Source: Saprolegnia diclina VS20 | Lineage: Eukaryota | Direction: 5' to 3' | Length of the DNA: 64,000 nucleotides | Assembly (NCBI RefSeq): GCF_000281045.1 | Contig: NW_008246112.1 | Span: forward strand, 325,436 to 389,435 | In this document: in pieces, positions 49,102 to 61,666 of the stretch | How positions within the stretch are numbered: position 1 is the first letter of the stretch | Layout: every line of letters starts with the position of its first letter | Translations under genes and position numbers: made by a program | Notes under the pieces: model-generated | Database searches by the model: none | The model's input: only the letters and a program-made list of their open reading frames with translations | What the model was told of the DNA's origin: nothing

Positions 49102-50525
49102 ATGGCGACGACAGCGTTCCTCGAGAAGCTCCATGCGCAAGCGCTCATCTACACGGACGGCAGCGTCCCGTTCGCCAAGGCGGCCATGGCCTCGCGCATC
49201 CCGAAGCTGCTGCACGAGATCGCTGACCAGAACGCGGCCAAGAAGAGCCTCTCGGAGGCCCACTGCGCCAAGCTCCGAGCGTTCGCCGACGACGTGGCGG
49301 CCAACAAGCCGATCCCGGCGCTGAGCAACCCGGCCATTGACCCGACATGGCACGCAGACTACGAGCGCCTCGGCGCTGGCAAGACGTGGCATGACGCGGC
49401 GTGGTTCTTTGCCGAGGCGTACCTCTTCCGCCTCGTGCTCGACGTCACGGGCTACGACGAGCATGGTGTCGACCCGTTCCACTGCCAGTACGTCGCGCAA
49501 CTCTATCCAGCTCGCGGTGCGAACAACATGCGATAGGAAGATGCACGAGCTCGACGACGCGACGCCGTGGCGGCTCCTTGAAACGGCCGCCGCGCTCGAC
49601 GCCTCGGACTTGCCGACGCGCGAGAAGCTCGGCGACCTTATGAAGCTCAGCTTGTGGGGCAACAAGGCCGATGGCGCGTACAAGGAGGTCAAGGACACGA
49701 TCAGCGGCGCGCATGCCAACTTGGCCGTCGATGACCAGTACCTCTTGACCAACCACTGCGAGCAGGTGCGCCTCCGCAAATCGTTCGTCATGCCCATGCA
49801 TGTGCTAGGTCATTCAGCACCTCGAGTCGTTCCATGGCACGACGACAGTGCACTTTATCAACGACAACTGCGGGACTGAGATTCTCTTGGACTTGGCGCT
49901 TGTCGACCACCTCCTCACCCATGTATGTATTCCTTTGGCGCGACCAGGCCACCTGATCTGATTGCTGTAGAAATGGTGCACTTCCATCGTGCTGCACGTC
50001 AAGGGCGCGCCGACGTACGTCTCGGACGCGACCGCCAACGACATTGTCGAGACAGTCCGCTTGATGGGCGATGCGTCGCGGACGCCGTCGGTCCGTGCTC
50101 TCGCCTCGCGCCTCCAGGCGTTCCTTGATCGTGCGTTCCATGCTCCTTCTCCTTGCCTCGTGTAAACGATGATGGGTGTAGAGGGCGTCTTGAAGCCGGT
50201 TGGCGACCTTCTTTGGAACCAGTACCGGTTTTACTTTGAGCTGCCACCCCATGTGACGAACGCGCTGGCGACCGCCGGGCTTGTCTTCCTCAAGGGTGAC
50301 GCCAACTACCGCCGTCTCCTCGGCGACCGTCTCTGGCCCGCGACCACGCTCATTTCGGAGGCCGTCCCGTACTTTCCCGCTCCGTTTGTTGCACTGCGCA
50401 CGATGAAGTCGGACCCGATCGTGGGCATTCTGCCCGCGCAAGAAGCGGCGCTTGAGGCCGAGGACCCGCTCTGGCGCATCAACGGCAAGCGCGGTGTCAT
50501 CCAAAGCGTCCTCCGTCGTACCTAG
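49102..50525 (+). CDS. ARMT1: Damage-control phosphatase ARMT1/DUF89 family, about 5 exons
   Basis: WFFAEAYLFR, DPF, SLWGNKAD, DNCGTEILLDL, HVKGAPTYVSDAT, FLKGDANYRRLLGD, LRTMKSD. Confidence 0.9.
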
Positions 50526-50738
50526 TACCTCGAATATGAGCCGAAACATCGATAGAGCGTCCCCATGAGATTTTAAACTCCTTCCGCCAGTCGCCAGCTC
50601 GCCCCACATTCCATGACCTTAGCCGCCTTTGGGGTCTGCAAGACAAGAGCGTATACGTCCAAAGGCCAAGGAGTCTGCTAGTCGTCATCGTGGGGGCGGA
50701 ATGAAGCCAAGTTTTGCTTCGATTTGTCAGTGACAACG

Positions 50739-51377
50739 CTAGAGTAGATTGACGCGATCGGGCCTAGTCGCGTCGAGCCGCTGCATGCGTTTGAGGTACG
50801 CAAAGGTCAGCGACACGACGAGCGTCACCAAGACGATGCTAACGACAGGAAGGACGTACACCATTGTGTTGACAGGATACGTCAAAATGAGCCAGATCTT
50901 GAGCAGGTTTTCGACCAAAAAGATGGCGCCCCAGAGCCACGAGAGGCGGCGAAAGCGTCGGCGGACGACCGGGTCGCCCCAGTAGGCCTCGAGGCGGCGC
51001 GTGTCGGCCGTTGTCGCGCAGTAGATACGCCAGAGCACGTTCCAGCCGTCCTTGATGCATGGCCCGACAAGCAACGAGGCGGCAAATGCGAGCGAAAAGA
51101 ACGAGTCTTTGAGCAGCAAGATGCGCGGATTGTTTAGCGATTCGGTGAGCCCAATGCACGCCGCCGTCGAGAGCACTTGGAGCAGCGAGAGGCAGTCGGT
51201 CTCGCGCTGCCAGACCATGCCGTAGAGGCCCTTGAGCAATGGCGGCAGCGCGGACAAGGCGATCGCGTTCACGTCCGACGTGTACTTGGCTGCAATCGCA
51301 TAGATGAGGAGCGGTAAGGCGATGTTGCACGCAAAGACGGCGCGGAGGTCGGTGGCACGCCCACCGACGGTCGCCAT
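50739..51377 (-). CDS. VC0807/IspZ-like multi-pass membrane protein, paralog 1
   Basis: About 6 hydrophobic segments; PRILLLKDS, RRRFRRLSWLWG..E. Confidence 0.7.
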   Translation of the reverse strand: MATVGGRATDLRAVFACNIALPLLIYAIAAKYTSDVNAIALSALPPLLKGLYGMVWQRETDCLSLLQVLSTAACIGLTESLNNPRILLLKDSFFSLAFAASLLVGPCIKDGWNVLWRIYCATTADTRRLEAYWGDPVVRRRFRRLSWLWGAIFLVENLLKIWLILTYPVNTMVYVLPVVSIVLVTLVVSLTFAYLKRMQRLDATRPDRVNLL

Positions 51378-51724
51378 GGTAGGATCTCTTCTTTTGTCAT
51401 TTTGGGCCGGAAAGTGCAATCTGAACCAAGTTCTTAGTTGCTCGTGAACGAACCAGTGAAACACTGCAGTCAATCTATCCGGGATATATCCAAGCGTTTA
51501 CATGTAACTCAATATCACTCGCTTGCACGCTGCGTGCACTGGTAGATTCGGATAGATTCCTTTGGCAAGGCAGCGCTGACGACGCATCGACGAGTCCACA
51601 CGATGACAATGAGCCCAAGGACTATATCGCAGCACTGCGATCTTATTCCAGCGAATCGTTCTTGTCAACATCACTATTAGTAGTACGCTATACACAGACG
51701 CAGCTACCGACTCAAGTCGGTTTC

Positions 51725-52411
51725 TCAGACAAGTGGCGTCGTCTCGGGGCGCAAGCTGTCTTCGCGGTCCTTCATCTTGAGGTAGCAGTAGGTGCCAAAG
51801 GTGAGCGACCCGCCAAAGACCATGCCCATCAACGGCAGCACAAAGATCATGGTGCCGACGGGGTACATGAGAATGAGCGCGACCTTGGCGCTGTTTTCAA
51901 GCACGAGGATGGTGCCCCAGAGGCCGGCGAGGAGCTTGAAGCGGCGGCGAATGTGCGGTCGCGTCCACTTGAGGTCGAGAGCGTGCTTCTCCTCAATCGA
52001 CGTCTCGGAGAGGAGGCGGTAGACGCGCCAGAGAAGGTTCCACTCGTCGTTGTAGAACGCGACAAAGTACCCGAACGCAATGCAGAGCAGCAGGATCGAG
52101 TCTTTGAGTAAAATCACTTTCGGGTCTTCGAAGATTTCCATGAGCACAATGCACACAATCGTCGAGATGACTTGAAGCGACGAGAGAAAGTCGGCTTGGC
52201 CTTGCGACGAGATCTCGTAGACGCCCTTGAGGATCGGAGGAATCGAGTGCAGCACCATTGCGTTTACTTCCGACGTGTACTTGACCGCGATCGAGTAGAT
52301 CAGGAGCGGCAACAAGCCGTTGAAGATGAAGACGAAGCGCATGTCCCGGCGACCATACGTCTCATCATTCGGCTTGACGTCGTTGTCCGCGATGAGCGTC
52401 TCGGCTGTCAT
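51725..52411 (-). CDS. VC0807/IspZ-like multi-pass membrane protein, paralog 2
   Basis: PKVILLKDS, RRRFKLLAGLWG..E; aligns with paralogs 1 and 3 along its length. Confidence 0.7.
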   Translation of the reverse strand: MTAETLIADNDVKPNDETYGRRDMRFVFIFNGLLPLLIYSIAVKYTSEVNAMVLHSIPPILKGVYEISSQGQADFLSSLQVISTIVCIVLMEIFEDPKVILLKDSILLLCIAFGYFVAFYNDEWNLLWRVYRLLSETSIEEKHALDLKWTRPHIRRRFKLLAGLWGTILVLENSAKVALILMYPVGTMIFVLPLMGMVFGGSLTFGTYCYLKMKDREDSLRPETTPLV

Positions 52412-53198
52412 GGCTGGCCGACAATGCAAATTCCCAAGTGGCCTTTTTGAATTTGATGGGCATCGTCGTCATGGGTACACGTGGGTGCGCCCGGGGTTTG
52501 TCCCGTTTAACCCCATTGTCATGTTGGGTTAAACGCAAACCTCGGAGGACACTCACCATCCGCTCGCATCCTTGACGGCTATCACGTGTTGCACTTCAAG
52601 CTTTCGACCACGCTAGGATTCTTCAGAAGTCCCAGCTCCTTGGGCGTAGCGTGCGCCGCCCGAGATGCCACCTCGCGAGTTGGCAGTGGCAGCACCCAGC
52701 CGATCCTAATCACACCTGCGTCCATTTGTTGCTCTTCGAACGCATCGTGGGATTGCTTGCGGTACAAACCCAGTTGCATGGACAGGGAGCGGTCGCTCAC
52801 AGTAGAGTGGCATCATCGATCGTGCCCAATGAGAAGGAATGCAACGACCACGTTCTAGCATTCTGTGGCGTTCAAGCTCATCCTTTTCTAATTATCTACC
52901 CGTGGCTCCCGGGGGTATCATGATGGACCAACATGATGCTGCCGTCCTTATCCCACGGGCAAGTAAACGCATGTAAACGGGTCGTGCTGGCGCCAAAATG
53001 TGGGAAAAACCGGCTGCGTGGGTGTTTGTCCCAATGTCCCGAAGTACATCTGGTGGGTCAAAGAAGAGTGCCGTGCCGATTACGAGAATGTTGGTCAAAC
53101 ACTTGCACTTGCTTTGTATGGGCATGTGCTTGCGTAAACTTGGTCGGCTGCTGAAGCGTCGCCACCTAGTACACATCCTCGCCGACGATCGCGAATCG

Positions 53199-53903
53199 AT
53201 GGCCAGCGCCGCTCGCTCAACCCGCCCGTCGACGCCGAGACGCGACGACGCTACTGCGACCTATGGCTCGAGCGACCTGCGCTACGTGGTGCTCTGCAAT
53301 GCGCTCTTGCCCATGCTCATCTACTTCATCGCGTCGAAGTACACGTCGCAGCTGATCGCGATGGCGCTGCAGTCGCTGCCGCCGCTGGGCCGCATCGTGT
53401 ATCAGATGCTCGTGCAGCGCAAGGCCGACGCGATCTCACTCGTCCAAGTGTCGGCGATCGTCGCGTGCCTCGTCCTCATGACGCTGCTCGACGACCCGCG
53501 CGTCGCACTGCTCAAGGACCCGCTCACGTTCATGTGCTTTGCCGTCGCCTTTGCGATTCCGTTGGTGCACGACCGCTTCAACCTGCTCTGGATCAAGTAC
53601 CGCCTTCTGAACGAGACGTCGCCGGCGGATGCCCAGTACCTAGACGATCTCTGGTCGCTGCGCCCCGTGCGCCGGCGGTTCCGAGCGCTCTCGGCGCTCT
53701 GGGGCGTCGTCATCTTTACCGAGGACTCGCTGCGCGTCTACTTGATCTTTCACTGCTCGCTCGACCTCATGGTGTACATCTCGCCCATCATTGGCACCTC
53801 GTGTATGTTTCTGCTCGTCGCGTATACATACCAGCACCTCCGCGCATACGCGCCGCTCAAGGACGCCTCGGACGACGAAGTGCGACCGCTCCTTCGCGCC
53901 TAA
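53199..53903 (+). CDS. VC0807/IspZ-like multi-pass membrane protein, paralog 3
   Basis: PRVALLKDP, RRRFRALSALWG..E. Confidence 0.7.
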   Translation: MASAARSTRPSTPRRDDATATYGSSDLRYVVLCNALLPMLIYFIASKYTSQLIAMALQSLPPLGRIVYQMLVQRKADAISLVQVSAIVACLVLMTLLDDPRVALLKDPLTFMCFAVAFAIPLVHDRFNLLWIKYRLLNETSPADAQYLDDLWSLRPVRRRFRALSALWGVVIFTEDSLRVYLIFHCSLDLMVYISPIIGTSCMFLLVAYTYQHLRAYAPLKDASDDEVRPLLRA

Positions 53904-54499
53904 GAGCTCCCTACAGTCGATAAAGAGAACTGGGCTAAGAAATCAGTGCCAGCTTCCATGCGACTCTCGATTGGGACGCTTGCACGAGTGACCTCGGTAC
54001 AGCACTCGTCCCAGGTCGACATGCGGGTTTCAGGCACATGGGCGATCGTCCACCGTCATCGTGAGCAGATCGGGTCCGTCGAGTGGTCCTTCCTGCCTGG
54101 TCCACGTTGCATACGATGAGTGCATACTACTTGCCGGCCGTCGTCCTCTCCAACCCTGCTGCCGGACATGGCGTCCCGTCCTGCTTGCCCTAGCCCTTCA
54201 CCGACGTGATGGATGAGTTTGGCGAGTGCTCGAGCCGTGACGAACCAGCGTCGGCAGCTTCAAAAATGTTTCGACACTATGCTGCCCGCGAAGATCTTGT
54301 CTTGCATGCAGCAAGCTGATGCCGATGACGGTGATTGTGTTCGTCTTGCGGGGCGCCTTGTGAGATGTGGCCAAGAGTACATAAACTCAAGGATACATGG
54401 TCGGTAGACCCGAATGGCGTCGCTTGCTCAAGCAGCTACGCATGTACGACCAAGTTGAAAATACATATATTGCAGAGGTCGCTGCGCCACCCTCGCCTC

Positions 54500-57331
54500 T
54501 TATATGCCCCGCGACGTAAAGACATTACTGCGTACGGCAAAGACGATCTTGACGGGGAAGCCTTCGAGGAGCACCGGCATCGCGTTGTTGGTCAGGTTCG
54601 CCTTGTAGCGCGCTTCCGGGAGCTCGCCGTCGTTGCCGAGGTTGGCGACGCGCCGGAGCGACACGACGCAATGGCCGACGACGTTTTCGTGGCGGACCCA
54701 GACGAGCATGTGCAGATCCTGCAAGCCGCGCTCGTGCTGGAGCTTGACGTTGAGCGAGAGGTTCGCCATGTTGGTCACGGTCGCCGTGCGCTCGCCGATC
54801 GCCTCTGTCTGCTTGCCGCTGTCGTCTTCGCCGAGGAGCGGGGCGACGATGCGTGTCTTCTTGGGTACATGCAAATGGTTGTTCCACATGACAACCATGT
54901 TGAAGATGGTGAGGACCGTCGTGATGGGGCCGCCCGCGTGAAGACCGTACGACGGGCCTTGCTGCCGCACGTTGGCGCGGAGGTCGACGTACGCCTCGCC
55001 AAACACGTCTTTGGCCGTAACTAGACAGTCCACGTTGATACTTTGATACGTTGATACAACCCACGTACCGAGGGCGCGTTTCGTGTGGCCTGTCGTCGAC
55101 TGAACGATGGGCGGTCGCACAAACTTGAGGAGGAACGTGCAGCTGACCGGCGAGTGGTCCGAGATGTCCATGCCGATGCCGTCGTTGATGCTCTTGTAGT
55201 TGTCGATGAGTTTTGCCGGCGCAAACGGCGACTCGACCTTCTCGGCCGCCAAGTACGAGTTGCGGATCGGCGTCGAGTACACAAGGATGCGGTCGCACCA
55301 GCCGGGCACGCGTTTCTTGACCTGGCCGCCCTTGTAGAACGGCTCCTTGTACAAGGTGCGGTACACGCGCTCCGGCCAATCGGGCATCGTCATGTCGACG
55401 GCGCCGCGCAGCGGAAATTTCTTGTACGTTGGGAAAAAGTCGGGAAACTTCCGGGGCTCGATAAAGCCCTCAAAGATGCCGTGCTTGCGGTCGTTGAGGA
55501 GCCCGTCGCCGCGCTCGTGGAGCTCGTCAATCTTGTTGGCCGACAAGAGGCGAAGCACGTCGGACGCGTCCATGTTGACGATGCGGTAGTTGAGGTCGCC
55601 CATCCAGACAACGTGGTGAAACTGCTCGGTCAAGTCGAAGGACGGGTGCCCCATGACCTTGCCGAGCTGCGTGTTGAGGATGCGGATCTGCTCGCGCCGG
55701 TACGTGTCGTTGCGCGCATCGAGGTGGCAGTTGACAAACACGAGCGTCGTGTACTTGAGCTTGAGCGCGATCGCCACGCCGCCCTTGGACCCGGACGCAA
55801 TACTAAACTTGTGCACGCCGGCGCGGAGCAGCTGGACATCGGCGGCGACCGTCTCGGCGTAAAAGAGAGCAAGGCCTGTGAACTTGGTGCCCATAAAGGC
55901 GCCGTCGCCCCGCCCCCGCACCGCGTCAAACACTGCGTCGGCCGGACTCGTCTTGAGCGGGTACGCAAACTTGTCGTTGCGGAGCTCCTTGCGGCAGTAC
56001 CGGCCGCGCGACGGGTTCGTGTTGAGGTAGCTCAGCACCGCGTGGTAGACATTTTCGCTTACACCTTCTTGGACGCCGAGCACGTACAGGTCGTAGCCGT
56101 GCGGCACAAAATGGCGCACCTACGTCGGACAATAAGGCGGTCTGTCATTGTGACAGGTGCGCACCATGCGTGACGACTGCGCTTCGTCCATGAGACCGTT
56201 CGAGTCGGCAAACGGGTCGGCGGCACCGAGGTTCCACGTGCCGACCCAGATCGAAATGTCGCCTTCTTGGCGGGTGCCGCTTGTTGGGAAGGCAAACTTG
56301 GACGCGCCTTCAATGGACGCCTTGGGTGGCTTCTCGGCGTGGTGGCGGCGGTGCTTGGCCGGCAGCGGCGGCGAGTCGTCGTCCGACGGGCCGCGCGGGG
56401 ACGTCGCGGCGTTGGCTCCATGGTGGTGATGGTGGTGGTGGCTCTTGTGGTTCTTGTACTGGCGCGATGACGTCGCCGGCGTCGGTGCGCTATTGAATTG
56501 CCCGCCGCCCTGCGCGACGACAGGGGCAGGAAACAAGCCGCGGGGCTTGGTGTCGTGCTCGCTGTGCGTGCGAAAGTGGTCGTCGTCTTGGCGCAAGGCC
56601 GCGAGGTTCGCGCGTACGGGCGGCTGGAACGCAAATCCAGGGACGTCGTCCACGCTAAGGCTCGTGTTGCTCGCGTCGTCGTCGTCGTCCTCGTCGTCAT
56701 TGTCAAAGCCCTGCGAGTGCGACTGGATGATCTGCTCTCGATCCATGTGGTCATTCGGGTCGTCGAGGTCGAGGCCAATCGAGCTGCTGTCGTCTTCCTC
56801 GACGTCGTCAAAGTTGCCAGGATACGACGCGGCCGAGGAGGGCGGTTGCGATGTTGCCGATGGCGGCGGCATGCGAATGGTGTTAGCAGGCTCTTCCGTG
56901 AAGCGGCGCTGCTGGTCGAGCTGGTCGAGCGTCGTCCAGCTGTGGCTGGGAGGGATGCCATTGGCGGGAAAAGGCATTTGGCCCGAGCCCGGCCGGCTGC
57001 GCAGCTGGCGCGACTTGTGCGAGGCCGCGGCCGCCATGGCCACGAGGTCGCTCTGGCTCGACGATGCCGGCAGCGGGCCGTTGCTCAGAGGCGCCGCGGT
57101 CATTGCGCTTTGGAAGAGGTCAGTGCCGCTGCCGCGCTTTGGCATGTACGGCGCCCGAGCCGGGCTCGTCAGCACCGAGCCACCTCCGTAGAGGTCCGTG
57201 GACGTGCTGCGCGGGTAGGCCGAGGGCTTGGACATGGGGGCGCCGACGCTGTGGAGGCGCTTGAGCGACTCGTTCTCGACCTCGAGCTGCCGCATGCGTC
57301 GCTGCATCTCGGCCACGTCCTTGGATGTCAT
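54500..57331 (-). CDS. Inositol polyphosphate 5-phosphatase with disordered N-terminus and C-terminal C2-like region (introns about 56119-56158 and 55021-55067)
   Basis: GTWNL, DLYVLGVQE, KGGVAI, FVNCHL, VVWMGDLNYRI, PTYK, PGWCDRIL, SDHSPV. Confidence 0.93.
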
Positions 57332-58902
57332 CGGGCCTCTTTCTTATTGTTCCTCCAGCGCACCCGGGGGTTTTAAATTCGGCTTTTTATTCTTCGCATC
57401 GCGTATTTCCATCACATCCCTACAACAACGCAAATAGTGTGCGTCGGCCTCTTCAAGCAAGCTGGACATCGCGCGCTCCTTCCTACCACACGTGGGATCG
57501 TGCACCATCCGTGCAGTGGTGCGTCGTCCATGGACACGCCCTAGCTTCTAACGCTGGCCTCGCTCGCTTGCCTTAATAGACCCATCTTGCTGCCAAAGCG
57601 AGATGGTACCGGTGCCTTCGTAGCTTCCGTCACCGCAGTGCTGCTGCCAATAGCAGGCGCTGCGCAATGCATGAACGTGAAGGCAACAAAGCTACTCGGC
57701 CATCGCATGCTTGCACAAGCGCCGGCGCGCAGAGCACAGCAGCGGACAGGCGGGGTCCGGCTCCAAGGATACACGATTTGAACAAGTATCATTGACAAGG
57801 AAATAGTGTATTAAAATTGCAGAATATTATTATGACGCGTCCGGTATAGAGCAATTAGTAATTGCGAGGTGAAACAATTAGACAACGCTCTCTGTCGACA
57901 TTATCCGGACAGAACGTCCGGTTGACAAGCTGCTCACAACGGGATTTTTTTTTGTAATGCGTGTGCCACCCGGCGCGTCGTCGGCGCCGCGGCCTTGCCG
58001 TCGCCGCAGATGGCAACTGGCGCGCGACTGGTATATGTCGTGCCCGTGGCCGCCATGGTCGGCAGACCCACCGCTGCCCTACATGGAGGCCAGATGCAGC
58101 GCCAGGAGACGCTACGAGGCAGACATGTCCAACTCCCAGCGTTATCCATCGGGCGTGTGGGTAAGCGGGTCACTGCTGTGACCTTGGTGCAGCTACGCGC
58201 TGTATCCTTCGAGCAAGCGTGCGTACCTCGCTGTGGCTCGTCCATGCTGCTACGCCTCTCGATATGACGCACAGGTACGTCGTGGCAAGCCAAATCGTCG
58301 AGCGCACGCCACTGCGCGCTGCCGCTGCTCGGCCTGTGAGACCTCGTGCATGTGTCTACACGCGGTGTCGCGATCATTCTCGGATGCGATGGGTTGTAGT
58401 GCGCTTGGTATACATGGACGCTGCCAAGCGGCGGCCGACGATGGCACCTGTGACGCGCCTCTGGCCTCGCGCGACAGTGCTGCTGCTGATGCTTGTGCTT
58501 GCACCAAGGCTGCGCGTGACGACGCTCCCAGTCGAACTGCACAACTTGTGCGCTCGTGCGGAATTGAATGATCGCGCTATGCATGGAAGCCCGATCCTGC
58601 CACATGACGGCAGGCCATTGGTCAAAACTGAAATGTCGATGCACCAATGGCATCGCAGCACGAGCGCTTATGAGATTCGCTGCGGCTTCGACTGCGCCTG
58701 AGTATGGGATTGCCACGTGGTCGTCCACGTGTCGGCTGCACTGTGGAATTCTATGCAACGCACCTTTTGATGCATAAATGCGTGCGTAAGCTCTGAAATC
58801 GGCTCCAATCCACACGTTGTTGCATATGCGGATTTCAAAATGCGTGGGTGGCATACCTCCTTTAGCATAAACGTGCGATCCCAGGATATCGCATCGACAA
58901 TT

Positions 58903-58918
58903 GCTCATTTCTGCATTT
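58903..58918 (+). promoter_or_regulatory. INR+FPR core promoter of PDI
   Basis: GCTCATTTCTGCATTT closely matches the oomycete consensus GCTCATTYBNNNWTTY, about 16 nt before the ATG. Confidence 0.8.
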
Positions 58919-58934
58919 GCCGACCGCCATCAAG

Positions 58935-60425
58935 ATGCGCTTCTTCGGCACTGTCTCGACCATGCTCCTCCTTGGCGTCGCCGCTGTCCGCGGCGCCATC
59001 GAAGAAGAGGACGACGTCCTCGTGCTCACGGACGACAACTTTGAGGAGGCCATCGCCGGCAACGACGCGCTCCTCGTCGAGTTCTACGCGCCGTGGTGCG
59101 GCCACTGCAAGTCGCTCGCGCCCGAGTTCGCCAAGGCCGCCAAGGCCCTCAAGGAGAACGACCCGCCGCTCCGCCTTGCCAAGATGGACGCCACCGCTCA
59201 CACCAAGTGGTCGGAGAAGTATGGCGTGCAGGGCTTCCCGACGCTCAAGTTCTTCAAGGGCGACCTCGATGCCAGCTCGGTCAAGGCCTACGACAGCGGC
59301 CGCACGGCCGACGACATTGAGAAGTGGGTCATCAAGAAGTCGGGCCCGGCCGTCAAGGTCATTGACTCGGCGGCGGACCTCGAGAAGCTCACGGCTGCCA
59401 ACGATGTCGTTGTCATTGCCCACATTGACGCCGCCACGGGCGAGCAGAAGGACCTCCTCGAGAAGGTCGCCGACGCCGAAGACATTGCCGTCATCGTCGC
59501 CACCACCGATGCGTCGGTCCATGCCGACCTGAAGGAGGGCTCGATCGTCCTCCTCAAGAAGTTCGACGACAAGAAGGCCGTCTTCAGCGGCGCCTTTGAG
59601 AAGGCCGAGATCTCGGCCTTCATCAAGGAGCACCACAAGCCCCTCGTCATGACGTTCACGCAGGACAAGGCCTCGCAGATCTTCGGCGGTGACGTCGATG
59701 TCCACCTCCTCGTCTTCTCGGATGAGTCGAAGGACTACCACGAGACGGTCCTCGAGTCGGTCACGGAAGCCGCTGCCGACACGAAGGGCAAGATCTTGCA
59801 CGTCGTCATCCCGCTCTCGGAGTCGCGCATCGTCGAGTACTTTGGCCTCAAGGAAGCCGACCTCCCGTCTTTGATCCTCGTCAACATGGGCGCTGGCATG
59901 AAGAAGTTCCCGTTCCCGACCAAGGCGGCCGAGTTGACGGAGAAGCTCACGAGCGCGGACCTCAAGGACTTCGAGGCCAAGTACCTCGCTGGCGACCTCA
60001 AGCCGACGCTTAAGTCGGCTGAGCCGTTTGATGACAGCGAGGAGGCCGTCAAGGTCATCTCGGGCAAGGAGTTTGAGACCCGCGTCATGGACTCGGACAA
60101 GGATGTCCTCCTCGAGTTCTACGCGCCGTGGTGCGGCCACTGCAAGACGCTCGCGCCCAAGTACGACGAGCTCGCCGAAGCCTTCTCGGAGGTCGACAGC
60201 ATCATGATTGCCAAGATGGACGCGACGGAGAACGAGATTGACCACCCCAAGGTCGACGTCAAGGGCTTCCCCACGATCATCTTCTTCCCTGCCAACGACA
60301 AGGCCAACCCGGTCACGTACGAAGGCGCGCGCGAGGTCGAGGGCTTCACGGACTTCCTCAAGAAGAACGCCAAGAAGTTCAGCCTCGGCGGCGAAGCCCA
60401 CGGCAAGGACCACGACGAACTTTAA
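58935..60425 (+). CDS. PDI: Protein disulfide isomerase (a-b-b'-a'), ER-resident
   Basis: Signal peptide, two WCGHCK motifs, C-terminal HDEL. Confidence 0.97.
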   Translation: MRFFGTVSTMLLLGVAAVRGAIEEEDDVLVLTDDNFEEAIAGNDALLVEFYAPWCGHCKSLAPEFAKAAKALKENDPPLRLAKMDATAHTKWSEKYGVQGFPTLKFFKGDLDASSVKAYDSGRTADDIEKWVIKKSGPAVKVIDSAADLEKLTAANDVVVIAHIDAATGEQKDLLEKVADAEDIAVIVATTDASVHADLKEGSIVLLKKFDDKKAVFSGAFEKAEISAFIKEHHKPLVMTFTQDKASQIFGGDVDVHLLVFSDESKDYHETVLESVTEAAADTKGKILHVVIPLSESRIVEYFGLKEADLPSLILVNMGAGMKKFPFPTKAAELTEKLTSADLKDFEAKYLAGDLKPTLKSAEPFDDSEEAVKVISGKEFETRVMDSDKDVLLEFYAPWCGHCKTLAPKYDELAEAFSEVDSIMIAKMDATENEIDHPKVDVKGFPTIIFFPANDKANPVTYEGAREVEGFTDFLKKNAKKFSLGGEAHGKDHDEL

Positions 60426-61666
60426 GCGCTAGCGTAGCAGAATAAAGCTAACTCTGTAGTTTTTGACATTTGCATGAGTGGCTTGAAGACCTGAATGGCG
60501 ATCTGCATGTTGAGCCTGAGCGTCATGGCCAGCACGATACATACCCTGCGCCCAGCTAAGCTGTAATTTATCCAGCCATGGCTGCTCATTGCGACCCAAT
60601 AGAGCTCACGGGCAGCAGGATCGGTGAGTCGAGCGTCAACGTTTCGTCGGACCGAGGGCAAAGCCTGCTCGATTCACTTCAGCGTACGGCACAGTGGCGC
60701 ACGAAGGGCGCAACAGCGAGATGGGGAACGAAGCACCTGCAACAAGCTGAGACTAATCACTCGTGGCATTGAGCTTAGCTCCAGCGATAACTTATTGCTG
60801 GAGCTATGAGGCGTATAATCGCCGATAAGGTTTAAGGGATGGCGTTACAGAAGGCGACCGATGGCGCTTATTAGCTGACGGCGCTGGGACCAGGGTACAT
60901 AATTATTCACACCTGGCTAGGACCGGCCCATTCTATACACTGTGATGCACCCAGCAATGGTCGTGTTGGCTGCGAGGCGAGCAAGTAGCCGGCGACGTCG
61001 CGCGTCGGTGCAGGGGCTGGGGTGCTGACTTGGGAGCTAAATCGATTGACTAGAAACACCCAACATATTTCACCTTGAACTTGAGGTCAACGGCTGCAAC
61101 GGTTCGATTAGGCTCATATCGGAGGACGCGATCGCAAGAACCTAGGACACGATCGTTGTATGCACTGGCATGCTTGTAGGGGTGGTGCCGCATACCTCAA
61201 TGATGCGATGAGCCTCGCTGGCGCCTTGTCTGCTCTTCTTCACACACCCAACGTTTACACAGTTCCATATTGAGCCATGCTTGCCAACGGAGCATCACAT
61301 TCGGCGGAGAGGTGCGCTTAGAGAACTAACGTTGCCTAGAGAGAGTAAGCTGTACATGACGTTGCTGGGGCGTTCCTGCCCTGTTTGGCTTGTATCATCC
61401 GACAGCCTCGCGTACGACGATGTCGGGAGGTCGTCGCGCCTTTGTATTTGGGTGTGTCTAGCCATAGAATATGCGACCTGGGCGTGCCACGTAGGGGCTT
61501 CCTGGGCCCCCCAGAGGTGACCGGTCATAATCTCTTGATTATTGTATAGTACCGTTTTGGGTCCCCCCTACCCGGTAAAGTCTGAAAACGAACGTAGGGG
61601 AATTCCAACCGCTAATTCGTTCGCTTGCCTTCCATTTATTTCTGACTTGGAAGCCGACGAAGGATC

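Noticed and set aside
57851..57921. Short palindromes GCAATTAGTAATTGC and CCGGAC-N5-GTCCGG
   Set aside because: 6-bp stems are compatible with chance, and there is no tRNA or ncRNA signature
57934..58908. 324-aa minus-strand ORF upstream of PDI
   Set aside because: Atypical composition, no motifs, overlaps the PDI promoter
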